Below, in pieces: positions 9,034 through 16,505 of a stretch of DNA of 32,000 nucleotides. This stretch comes from Kineococcus radiotolerans SRS30216 = ATCC BAA-149 (GTDB taxonomy: Bacteria; Actinomycetota; Actinomycetes; Actinomycetales; Kineococcaceae), in contig NC_009664.2 in assembly GCF_000017305.1 (NCBI RefSeq), forward strand, positions 3,270,001-3,302,000. The letters run 5' to 3'. The notes under the pieces are model-generated. The model saw nothing but the letters and a program-made list of their open reading frames with translations. It was not told the DNA's origin and made no database searches. Numbering within the stretch: position 1 is the first letter of the stretch; the number at the start of each line of letters is the position of its first letter. The position numbers and the translations under genes are program-made.

Positions 9034-9980
9034 TTGCCCTGGGCGGCCTTCGCGTCAGACTCGACCTTGGTCAGCTCGGCCTGCAGGTCGGCCGCGGGGG
9101 TGTCCTGGACGATGGCGCTGGGGTTGTCCTGCAGGAACACCTCCTGCACGGCCGGGTCGTGCCAGAGGGCGGCGAGCTCCAGGTACGTCTCGTTCGCCGC
9201 GTCCTCCTTGCGGGCGGTGAAGATGTTCACGTACGGGGCGGCCGCGGCGGAGGTCGGGTCGTCCTGGACGATGACGGAGTCGGCGGGCAGCTTCGCCGCG
9301 GTGGCGTAGTTGTTGTTGACGATGGCCGCGGCCACCGAACCGCTCTGCAGCGCGCTGGCCGTCTGGTCGGCGGCCACCGGGGTGACCTCGACCTTGGCGG
9401 ACTCGATGTCGTTGGTGGTGGAGAACGCGGTCCCGCCGTCCTTCAGGGTGACCAGGCCGGCCTCCTGCAGCACCAGCAGGCCGCGAGCCTCGTTGATCGC
9501 GTCGTTGGGGATGGCGACCTTGGCGTCGGCGGGCAGCTCCGCCGCCGACTTCGCGGTGAGGGAGTACAGCGGCAGCGGGTACACGGCGGTGGCCCCGATG
9601 GGCTGCAGGTCGTCGCCGGCCTCGACGTTGTAGTTCGCCAGGTACTGGATGTGCTGGAACTGGTTGAGGTCGAGCTCCCCCTGCTTCAGCGCCGGGTTCG
9701 GCAGCGTGTAGTCGGAGAAGTTCACCAGCTCGACGGTGACGCCCAGCTGCGACTGCGCGAGCTCGGTGTAGGTGTTCCAGTACGGCAGCGACTTGTCGGC
9801 GACGCCGATCGTGACCGTCTCGCCGGAACCGGAACCGGCGGCCGCCGTGCTGGTGGTGTCGTCGCGGGTGCCGAGGACGACGGCGACGATCACGGCGATC
9901 ACGGCCAGGGCGGCGACGATCCCGATGAGGAGACCGCGACGCTTGGGCTTGTCGGGCAGAGCGGGGGCGGGGCTGGACAC
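9030..9980 (-). CDS. metQ: Methionine ABC transporter substrate-binding protein (NlpA/MetQ family)
   Basis: MetQ-like body (TVTIGVAD...GVTVELVNFSDYTLPNPALKQGELDLNQFQHIQYL). Start moved from tracked ATG 10151, which lies inside the riboswitch, to GTG 9980. That GTG is preceded by GGAGAG and followed by an N-terminal TM/signal anchor. Confidence 0.85.
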   Translation of the reverse strand: MSSPAPALPDKPKRRGLLIGIVAALAVIAVIVAVVLGTRDDTTSTAAAGSGSGETVTIGVADKSLPYWNTYTELAQSQLGVTVELVNFSDYTLPNPALKQGELDLNQFQHIQYLANYNVEAGDDLQPIGATAVYPLPLYSLTAKSAAELPADAKVAIPNDAINEARGLLVLQEAGLVTLKDGGTAFSTTNDIESAKVEVTPVAADQTASALQSGSVAAAIVNNNYATAAKLPADSVIVQDDPTSAAAAPYVNIFTARKEDAANETYLELAALWHDPAVQEVFLQDNPSAIVQDTPAADLQAELTKVESDAKAAQGK

Positions 9981-10048
9981 GGTGGGCTCTCCGGGGGTCG
10001 AACGGCGGTCGCGCGGCTCGCAGCACCCCGTGGTCGACGGCGTCCGTT

Positions 10049-10160
10049 GATCCGCGCTTGCCGGACGTTTTCGTCCGGCCGGGTCTTCACCTGGGGCACC
10101 CCGCCGCGGAGGAGGGTTGCCGGACAGCGAGCCAGGGCTTGTCGCTGTCACTCATGACCT
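10049..10160 (-). promoter_or_regulatory. SAM-IV riboswitch (S-adenosylmethionine sensing) in the metQNI leader
   Basis: The minus-strand RNA is AGGUCAUGAGUGACAGCGACAAGCCCUGGCUCGCUGUCCGGCAACCCUCCUCCGCGGCGGGGUGCCCCAGGUGAAGACCCGGCCGGACGAAAACGUCCGGCAAGCGCGGAUC. It matches, block by block, my recollection of the actinobacterial SAM-IV motif (GGUCAUGAGUG.CAGCG.CAAGCCC.GGCU.GCUG.CCGGCAACCCUCC...GCGG.GGGGUGCCCC.GGUGA.GACC...GGCAAGCGCGG.UC). Its position upstream of a methionine importer fits. Confidence 0.8.
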
Positions 10161-10166
10161 GGGAGG

Positions 10167-10196
10167 ACCGTAGGTTCCCGCTGTCCGGGCCGTCAA
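10167..10196 (-). promoter_or_regulatory. Putative promoter of the riboswitch-metQNI transcript
   Basis: Minus strand: TTGACG (10196-10191), 18-nt spacer, TACGGT (10172-10167; TANNNT type). The riboswitch P1 begins about 7-12 nt downstream. Confidence 0.5.
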
Positions 10197-10241
10197 ATCG
10201 CCGGCGGGAGGGCCGCCGGCCGGCCCCGCCCGCGGGGCGGG

Positions 10242-10433
10242 TCAGCCCTGGACGTGCGGCAGCACGACGGCCTGCGCCGCGATGGTGCGCCCCCCGGTGC
10301 TCGTCACCGACGGGCTGCCGTGGAGGACGTAGCCGTCGGCCAGCGCGGCGGAGACCTTCTCGCAGAAGGAGCGGTCGTCGGGACCGGTCAGCAGCCGGTA
10401 CGCCAGCTTCTCGGGTTCGCTCGCGGTGCTCAC
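10242..10433 (-). CDS. DUF1737 domain-containing small protein
   Basis: 63 aa. YRLLTGPDDRSFCEKVSAALADGYVLHGSPSVT matches my recollection of the DUF1737 family. GTG start overlaps the upstream gene's stop by 4 nt. Confidence 0.7.
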   Translation of the reverse strand: MSTASEPEKLAYRLLTGPDDRSFCEKVSAALADGYVLHGSPSVTSTGGRTIAAQAVVLPHVQG

Positions 10434-11044
10434 CCGCCGAGGCTATCCCTGGCCGCGCGCAGGTCCACGTAGCCCAGCGCCGCGTCGCACAGCGCGTCCC
10501 CGCGCTTCTTCGGCGACCCCGGGGACCACCGCTTCTCGTCGTAGGCCCGCGTCGTCCGGGCCAGGGCGGCCAGGCTCGCCGCGAGGTCGCGGTCGAGGCG
10601 CTCGCGCAGCTCCCCGGGCGCGGGCGCCTCCGGGCGCAGCGCCTCCCCGTCGCCGCTGCGCAGCTGGAGGAGCACCTCGTGGTCGAGGCCGTCGGCGTGG
10701 CTCCAGAACCGCACGGGGCGCTCGACGACGTGGTTCCACACCGGCGCCCGCCCGGAGCGGAACAGCAGGCGCACCGGCAGCTTCGCCAGCCCCGCCGCGT
10801 TCAGCCAGTGCTCGCCCGCCGGCGGCCGGGTGAAGAGGGCGCAGTCGCTCTCCGGCAGGTCCACCGCGAGGGCCACGCCCACCCCGGTGAGGTCGTCGAC
10901 CTGCTCCCGGCGGGGGCCCAGCAGGCTCCCGAAGACCCAGGCCTCCTCGGCCTGGAAGCCGACCAGCCCCGCGGGCAGGGTGCGCGCGTGCTCGCACCCC
11001 GCGGCGACCTCGGCGAGCTTGCTGACGGCAGTGGTCCACTTCAC
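10430..11044 (-). CDS. Hypothetical protein (204 aa), translationally coupled to the DUF1737 gene
   Basis: C-terminal part of tracked ORF 10430..11413. Start set at GTG 11044 (VKWTTAVSKLAEV...) where R/G-rich junk ends. High codon-3 G/C. Weak GS-x9-DD pattern reminiscent of, but not diagnostic for, minimal nucleotidyltransferases. Confidence 0.55.
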   Translation of the reverse strand: MKWTTAVSKLAEVAAGCEHARTLPAGLVGFQAEEAWVFGSLLGPRREQVDDLTGVGVALAVDLPESDCALFTRPPAGEHWLNAAGLAKLPVRLLFRSGRAPVWNHVVERPVRFWSHADGLDHEVLLQLRSGDGEALRPEAPAPGELRERLDRDLAASLAALARTTRAYDEKRWSPGSPKKRGDALCDAALGYVDLRAARDSLGG

Positions 11045-11064
11045 GGGCCCGAGTGTCCAGCAGG

Positions 11065-11095
11065 TTGCGGGGCGCGCCGCCGCGGGGCCTAAGCT
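11065..11095 (+). promoter_or_regulatory. Putative promoter giving a leaderless osmC transcript
   Basis: TAAGCT (11090-11095, TANNNT) lies 6 nt upstream of GTG 11102, with no RBS. TTGCGG (11065-11070) sits 19 nt upstream. Confidence 0.4.
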
Positions 11096-11101
11096 CGCCC
11101 G

Positions 11102-11605
11102 GTGGATTCGACCGAACTGAGGGCCCTGCAGAAGCCGCTGAAGGACGCCTACCGCGAGGACCCGGCCAGCGCGCTGGTCCCCGCGCGGGCCGTGGCGGTG
11201 CTGGACGGCCAGTCCATCGGCGTCTCCGTCGACGGCTTCGCCGGCACCACCCGGGCCGGGCTGCACCCGGCCGCCGGGGGCGACGGGACCGAGGCGTGCT
11301 CGGCGGACATGCTCTGCGAGGCCGTCGCGGCCTGCGCGGGGGTGACGCTGCGCAGCGTCGCCACCGCCATGGGCGTGGAGCTGCGCAACGCGTCGGTCAC
11401 CGCCGAGGCGCACTGGGACGCCCGCGGCACCCTGGGGGTCTCGCGCGAGGTCCCCGTCGGGATCACCGACGTGACCCTGACCTTCACGTTCACCTCCGAC
11501 GCCGACGAGGCCACCGAGGCGAAGATGGTCTCCCTGGCCGAGCGCTACTGCGTCATCGCCCAGACGCTGCAGAACCCGCCCACGGTCAGCGTCCGGCGCG
11601 GCTGA
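11102..11605 (+). CDS. OsmC/Ohr family peroxiredoxin-like protein
   Basis: 167 aa. OsmC-fold pattern with the two conserved Cys regions (CSADMLCEAVAAC and AERYCVIAQTL). Confidence 0.8.
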   Translation: MDSTELRALQKPLKDAYREDPASALVPARAVAVLDGQSIGVSVDGFAGTTRAGLHPAAGGDGTEACSADMLCEAVAACAGVTLRSVATAMGVELRNASVTAEAHWDARGTLGVSREVPVGITDVTLTFTFTSDADEATEAKMVSLAERYCVIAQTLQNPPTVSVRRG

Positions 11606-11662
11606 CCCCGTGCGGACGCGCCGCCGCCCCGACCCCGTGGGGGGGGCGGGGCGGGCGCCGTC

Positions 11663-13120
11663 CTACGCGCGGGCCTCCTGGCGCCGGACCGCGGAGCGGC
11701 CCAGCAGCGCGACGACGACGACGCCGACCGCGAACGCGAGCAGGACCCCGAGGTTCGCGTAGGCCCAGGTGCCCTCCCGGCCGCCGATCGGGCCGAGCAG
11801 GTAGCCCTGCCAGGTCAGCCAGCCGGCGCCGGAGTTCGTCACCAGGCCCCACCCGAGGAACGTGGCGACGAGCATCGTCCCCACCGCGAGGGGACGCACC
11901 GAGCCGTAGCGCCCGCGGGGGTCCAGCAGCTCGGCCTCGGCGTAGTCGCCCCGGCGCATCGCCAGGTCGGCCAGGAAGATCCCCGCCCAGGCGGCGATCG
12001 GCACGCCCAGGGTGATGAGGAACCCCTGGAACGGGACCAGGAAGTCCTGCGAGAAGAACGCGATGTAGACCGCGCCGGCCACCATGAGGGCGCCGTCGAC
12101 GAGGACGGCCACCGGCCGCGGCACCCGCAGGCCGACGTTCAGCAGCGCCAGGCCGGAGGAGTAGATGTCCATGACCGCGCCGCCGACGAGACCGAGGACG
12201 GCGACGACGACGAACGGGACGAGGAACCACGTCGGCAGGATGCCGGTGAGCGCCCCCACCGGGTCCTGCGCCACCCGCGCGCCCAGGTCGGGGGAGGACC
12301 CCACCAGGAGCGCGCCGAAGACCAGCAGGACGGCCGGGCCGATGGAGCACCCCAGCGTCGTCCAGAGCACGACCCCGCGGCTGGAGGCGTCGCGCGGGAG
12401 GTAGCGGGAGTAGTCGGCGGCCGCGTTGGCCCAGCCGAGGCCGAAACCCGTCATCACCATGGTGAACGCCCCCACGACCGCCGCCGTGCTCCCGGCGGGG
12501 ATCGCCGTGACGGCGTCGAGGTCGATGCTGCCGGCGGCGAAGACGATGTAGAGGACCGTCAGCACCGCGGTGACGACGGTGATCCAGCGCTGCATCCGCA
12601 TGATGACCCTGAACCCGAGGGTCCCGCCGAGCACGATCAGCCCCACGACGACGACGAGGGCGACGAGCTTCGTGCCGGTGCCGCCGCCCGCCCCGAGCCG
12701 GTCCAGCACGGTGGCGGTGGCCAGGACGGCCACCGCGGCCAGCGACGTCTCCCAGCCCAGCGTCAGCAGCCAGGAGACCAGCGACGGCAGCCGGTTCCCG
12801 TCGACCCCGAAGGCCGCGCGGGACAACGTCATCGTCGGCGCCGAGCCGCGCTTGCCGGCGATGGCGACCAGGCCCACGAGGACGTAGGACAGCAGCACCC
12901 CGCCGACGGAGACGAACGTCGCCTGCCAGAACGAGATCCCGAACCCCAGGACGAACGAGCCGTAGCTGACGGCGAGGACGGAGACGTTCGCGGCGAACCA
13001 CGGCCAGAACAGGTCGCGCGGGCGGCCGTGCCGCTCGGCCGCGGCGACGGCGTTGACGCCGTTCAGCTCGACGCCGACACCGCCGACCTTCGCCTCCGGG
13101 ACGACGGGGATCTCGCTCAC
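11663..13120 (-). CDS. NCS1 family permease (cytosine/purine/uracil/thiamine/allantoin/hydantoin-type)
   Basis: C-terminal 485 codons of tracked ORF 11663..14434. 12-TM architecture and an NCS1-like N-terminus (ERHGRPRDLFWPWFAANVSVLAVSYG). GTG 13120 overlaps the LLM gene's stop by 4 nt. Confidence 0.85.
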   Translation of the reverse strand: MSEIPVVPEAKVGGVGVELNGVNAVAAAERHGRPRDLFWPWFAANVSVLAVSYGSFVLGFGISFWQATFVSVGGVLLSYVLVGLVAIAGKRGSAPTMTLSRAAFGVDGNRLPSLVSWLLTLGWETSLAAVAVLATATVLDRLGAGGGTGTKLVALVVVVGLIVLGGTLGFRVIMRMQRWITVVTAVLTVLYIVFAAGSIDLDAVTAIPAGSTAAVVGAFTMVMTGFGLGWANAAADYSRYLPRDASSRGVVLWTTLGCSIGPAVLLVFGALLVGSSPDLGARVAQDPVGALTGILPTWFLVPFVVVAVLGLVGGAVMDIYSSGLALLNVGLRVPRPVAVLVDGALMVAGAVYIAFFSQDFLVPFQGFLITLGVPIAAWAGIFLADLAMRRGDYAEAELLDPRGRYGSVRPLAVGTMLVATFLGWGLVTNSGAGWLTWQGYLLGPIGGREGTWAYANLGVLLAFAVGVVVVALLGRSAVRRQEARA

Positions 13121-14508
13121 GGGGTCTCCTCGGGGACGGGGTGGCGGTACCGGGCCGCCGGGTGGTCGGGGGGCAGCCGGCGGCGGCCCGCACCGAAGAT
13201 CGCTTCTCGCAGCGTACGTCCTGGGGCGTCCCCGCCGGGGGCCGGCGCCACCAGCCCGCGCCGGCGCAGTTCCGGCACCACCTGCTCGCAGAACTCCCGG
13301 TAGGAACCCGGCACCACGAAGGGGGTGAGGTTGAAGCCGTCGACGCCGCTCTCCTCGACGAGGCGCTCCATCGCGTCCACGACCGCGGTCGCCGTCCCGG
13401 TGAACACGAACTCGCGCATCCCGAACCGGAGGAAGTCCGCCCTCGCGCGGGCCACCGTCTCGCCCCGGTACCGCTCGACCTGGGTCCGCCCGCCCTCCGT
13501 CCGCACGTCGGAGAAGTCGCCCCGGGGGTCCAGCGCGGACAGGTCGACGCCGGTCATCGAGGCGTAGTACGCGCGGGCCGCCTCCTGGTCCACCCAGGAC
13601 AGGTACTCCTCCAGCCGGGAGCGGGCGTGGTCCTCGTCGCGGCCGAGGACCACGCTCAGCCCCACCAGGGTGCGCAGCGCGTCCGGGCCGCGTCCGCGCC
13701 GGGCGGCCCGGGCGCGCAGGTCCTGCACCTGCGCGCGCAGGGTCGCGGCGTCGCGGCCCTGCAGGAACACGACCTCGGCGTGGGTGGCGGCGAACTCCCG
13801 GCCGCGTTCGCTGGCCCCGGCCTGGAACACGACCGGGGTGCGCTGCGGTGAGGGCTCGACCTTGAAGTACCCGTCGCAGCGGAAGTACCGGCCGTGGTGG
13901 TGCACCTCGTGGACCCGGCGCGGGTCGGCGTAGCGGCGGGCCTGCCCGTCGTGCAGGACGGCCGCGTCCTCCCAGCTGCCCTCGAACAGCCGGTAGCTGA
14001 GCTCGAGGTGCTCGTCGGCCATGTCGTAGCGCTCGTCGTGCGGGGCCAGCGGGGCCCGCCCGTGCAGGTCGCTGACGACCGGCGAGGACGTGGTCACCAC
14101 GTTCCAGCCGATCCGGCCCCGGGTGAGGTGGTCCAGCGTCGCGAACCGGCGGGCGTTGGGGTAGGGCCCCTCCAGGCTCGTGGAGGACGTCACGGCGAAC
14201 CCCAGCCGGCGCGTCACCGCCGCCATCGCCGGGACGAGCAGCAGCGGGTCGTTGGTGGGCATCTCGACGCCCTGCTCGAAGGTGACGTCGGGGGTGGTGC
14301 CCCCCAGCACGGGGTAGCCGGGGGAGTCGGCGAGGAACAGCAGGTCGAAGCCGCCGTCCTCCAGCAGCCGCGCCAGCGACGTCCAGTGCTCGAGGTCCAG
14401 GTAGCGGTCGGTGTGCTGCTCCGGGTGGGCCCACAGGCCCTGGCTGGTGAGGTTCGGGGCGTTGATCTCGAAGGCGCTGAGCAGCAGCGGGGGCCGCACG
14501 GGGTTCAC
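13117..14508 (-). CDS. LLM-class FMN-dependent monooxygenase, NtaA/DszA/SnaA subfamily
   Basis: C-terminal 463 codons of tracked ORF 13117..15591. N-terminus LLLSAFEINAPNLTSQGLWAHPE..., length and internal blocks (GRIGWNVVTS, VVFQAGASERGREFAA) are typical of the approximately 450-aa NtaA/DszA group. GTG 14508 overlaps the deaminase stop by 4 nt. Confidence 0.85.
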   Translation of the reverse strand: MNPVRPPLLLSAFEINAPNLTSQGLWAHPEQHTDRYLDLEHWTSLARLLEDGGFDLLFLADSPGYPVLGGTTPDVTFEQGVEMPTNDPLLLVPAMAAVTRRLGFAVTSSTSLEGPYPNARRFATLDHLTRGRIGWNVVTTSSPVVSDLHGRAPLAPHDERYDMADEHLELSYRLFEGSWEDAAVLHDGQARRYADPRRVHEVHHHGRYFRCDGYFKVEPSPQRTPVVFQAGASERGREFAATHAEVVFLQGRDAATLRAQVQDLRARAARRGRGPDALRTLVGLSVVLGRDEDHARSRLEEYLSWVDQEAARAYYASMTGVDLSALDPRGDFSDVRTEGGRTQVERYRGETVARARADFLRFGMREFVFTGTATAVVDAMERLVEESGVDGFNLTPFVVPGSYREFCEQVVPELRRRGLVAPAPGGDAPGRTLREAIFGAGRRRLPPDHPAARYRHPVPEETP

Positions 14509-15515
14509 CCGGCGCGGCCCAGCCAGGCGAGCAGGCCCGCGCCGAGGCGGTGGCGGGTCGCGGGGCTCATGCCCTCGATCCGCAGGCCGTGCCCGGCGAG
14601 CGCCGCGAGGTCCTCGTCGGCCAGTCCCCAGACCTCGCGCGCGACGGCGTACTGGTCGCTGACGCCGCGGCCGAACCACAGCTGGTCGTCGGCGTTGAGG
14701 GTGATCCCGACGCCCGCGGCGTGCAGGGCGGGAGCGGGGTGGGAGGCGAGGTCGGGGACGATCCCCAGCGCCACGTTGGACACGGGGGCGACGTCGCAGA
14801 CGACGCCCTCCTCGACCAGGCGCCGCACGAACGCGGGGTTCTCCACCGAGCGGACGCCGTGGGAGATGCGGGTGGCGCCCAGCACGTCGAGGGCCTCGGC
14901 GACGCACTCCCAGCCCCCGGTCTGCCCGGCGTGGGCGACGACGGGCAGGCCGGCGGCCCGGGCCGCGGCGGCCGCGGCGGCGAACCGGTGCAGGCCGGAG
15001 GGCTCCTCGAAGCCGGCCGTCCCGAAGGCGGTGACCCCGCGGCCGGCGAACTCGACGGCGACCGCGGCGAGCTCCGCGGCGATCGGCTCGTCCTGGTCGG
15101 TGTTGACCGTGAGCAGCGCCCCGACCTCCACGCCGAGCCGGGTGCCGGCCTCGCCGAGGGCGTCCACGACGACGCGGGTGACCTCGCGCAGGCTGCCCAG
15201 CCGCGGGGCGTAGAGCTGGGGTTCGATGGCGGGTTCGAGGTAGACGACGCCCTCGGCCGCCTCCTGGGCGACCAGGGCCCGGCACAGCTCCGCGAGGTCG
15301 TCGAGGTCGGCCACGAGCGCCGGGACGCGACCGTAGGCCTCGAAGAACCGCCAGACGTCGGGCCACCCCTCGCCGGTGGCGGCCGGGCCGCCGCGCACGG
15401 GCAGGTCGACCGGGGCGCCGCGCCGGCGGGCGAGCTCCAGCACGGCCTCCCGCGGGTAGGACCCGTCGAGGTGCGCGTGCACGTGCACCTTGGGCAGGGC
15501 GGTCAGGGAACGCAC
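14505..15515 (-). CDS. Adenosine/AMP-deaminase-fold amidohydrolase with atypical HAGQ motif
   Basis: C-terminal 336 codons of tracked ORF 14505..16388. ADA-family metal-site blocks are present: PKVHVHAHLDGS (HxH), VAHAGQ, ISHG, LNADDQ. Start GTG 15515 puts HxH at residues 13/15, as in known ADAs. A minus-strand TACGTT lies 7 nt upstream, suggesting a leaderless mRNA. Confidence 0.8.
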   Translation of the reverse strand: MRSLTALPKVHVHAHLDGSYPREAVLELARRRGAPVDLPVRGGPAATGEGWPDVWRFFEAYGRVPALVADLDDLAELCRALVAQEAAEGVVYLEPAIEPQLYAPRLGSLREVTRVVVDALGEAGTRLGVEVGALLTVNTDQDEPIAAELAAVAVEFAGRGVTAFGTAGFEEPSGLHRFAAAAAAARAAGLPVVAHAGQTGGWECVAEALDVLGATRISHGVRSVENPAFVRRLVEEGVVCDVAPVSNVALGIVPDLASHPAPALHAAGVGITLNADDQLWFGRGVSDQYAVAREVWGLADEDLAALAGHGLRIEGMSPATRHRLGAGLLAWLGRAG

Positions 15516-15570
15516 CCTCCACAACGTAGGGGCGCGGGCGCCGCGTGTCGCAGGAGCGCTCGTTCTGGGA

Positions 15571-15589
15571 GCATCCATCCCGTGGATGC
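15571..15589. promoter_or_regulatory. LysR-type T-N11-A box with dyad symmetry (GCATCCA-N5-TGGATGC)
   Basis: Perfect 7-bp inverted repeat read directly. The inner TCCATCCCGTGGA satisfies T-N11-A. It is centred about 65 nt upstream of the predicted leaderless start of the deaminase operon, in the divergent lysR spacer; this is the classical LTTR recognition-site position. Confidence 0.6.
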
Positions 15590-15632
15590 ACGCGGGGGTG
15601 AGCGCGGTGGTGAGCGCGGGGGCGAGCTGGAC

Positions 15633-16505
15633 GTGCGGTCCCTGCGCTACCTGGTGGCGGTCGCCCGGGAGCGCAGCTTCACCGCGGCCGCCGCGTCGCT
15701 GCAGGTCTCGCAGCCGGCGCTGAGCCAGTCCATCGCGCGGACGGAGCAGCTCGTGGGGGGCCGGCTCGTCGTCCGCGACGCGCGCGGGGTGGCCCGGGAG
15801 GGCTCCGCGCTGACCCCGGCGGGCCAGGCGCTGGTGGCGGACGCGGCGCGCGTCGTCGAGCTGCTCGACCGGGCCCTGGTCCGGGCCCGCCGCACCGCGG
15901 CGGAGGGGGAGCGGGAACGCCTCGCCGTGGGCATCGGGACCTCCACCCCGCGCTGGGTGTCGACCCGGCTGGTGCAGGCCTCCCAGGAGAGCCCTGACCT
16001 CGACGTGGTGCTGCGGCACGTGCCGTGGGGGCAGGAGGTCGCCGGTCTGGTCGACGGCCGGGTCGACGTCGTCTTCGTGCACGCGGCGCCCGGTGAGGTG
16101 CTCGACGAGCGGGTGCGGGCGGTCCACGTCGCCGACACCCGGCGGATCGCGGTGTTCGCCGCCGGTCACCCGCTGGCCGGGCGGGCCTCCCTCGACATCG
16201 CCGACCTCGACGACGAGCCCATCGTCGACGCCGCCTCCGGCCGCGAGACGTGGCTCGTCGAGCCGCGGCCCTCCGGGGCGGTGCCGCGCGTGGTGGGCCC
16301 GCCCGCCTCGACCGCCGAGGAGATGCTCGCCCTCGTCGCCTCCGGCGCGGGCATGGCCATCACGGCCGAGGCGGTCGCCGCCGCCCACCGCTCCGACGAC
16401 CTCGCCTACGTGCCGCTGCGGGGGCTGGAGCCGCTGCGGCTGCTGCTGCTGGCCCTGGCCGACGACGGGCGGCCGGCGGTGGAGGACCTGCTCGCCTCGT
16501 TCTGA
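15633..16505 (+). CDS. LysR family transcriptional regulator
   Basis: C-terminal 290 codons of tracked ORF 14550..16505. N-terminal wHTH LRYLVAVARERSFTAAAASLQVSQPALSQSIARTE. Divergent from the deaminase operon. Start GTG 15633 was chosen from the family N-terminus; the exact start is uncertain. Confidence 0.85.
   Translation: MRSLRYLVAVARERSFTAAAASLQVSQPALSQSIARTEQLVGGRLVVRDARGVAREGSALTPAGQALVADAARVVELLDRALVRARRTAAEGERERLAVGIGTSTPRWVSTRLVQASQESPDLDVVLRHVPWGQEVAGLVDGRVDVVFVHAAPGEVLDERVRAVHVADTRRIAVFAAGHPLAGRASLDIADLDDEPIVDAASGRETWLVEPRPSGAVPRVVGPPASTAEEMLALVASGAGMAITAEAVAAAHRSDDLAYVPLRGLEPLRLLLLALADDGRPAVEDLLASF

Noticed and set aside
9981-10151. ATG 10151 as the metQ start (373-aa version)
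   Set aside because: The ATG is part of the conserved GGUCAUGAGUG core of the SAM-IV aptamer. The 57 extra residues are R/P-rich. GTG 9980 has a GGAGAG RBS and is followed by a signal/TM anchor.
15516-15578. ATG 15578 as an alternative start of the deaminase
   Set aside because: The 21 extra codons use A/T-ending and rare codons (GAT, GCT, AGA, ACA, CCT, TTG), and the ATG sits inside the LysR dyad. GTG 15515 gives ADA-typical spacing to the HxH motif and has a leaderless -10.
11663-16388. Very long tracked ORFs (923, 824, 627 aa) suggesting fused multi-domain proteins
   Set aside because: The N-terminal several hundred residues of each are R/P/G-rich and overlap the upstream gene in another frame. 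Family-typical N-termini begin at internal GTGs that form 4-nt overlaps with the preceding stop. The same reasoning was applied to 1462..3927, 20824..22323, 26889..28622, 27497..29470 and 28807..30294.
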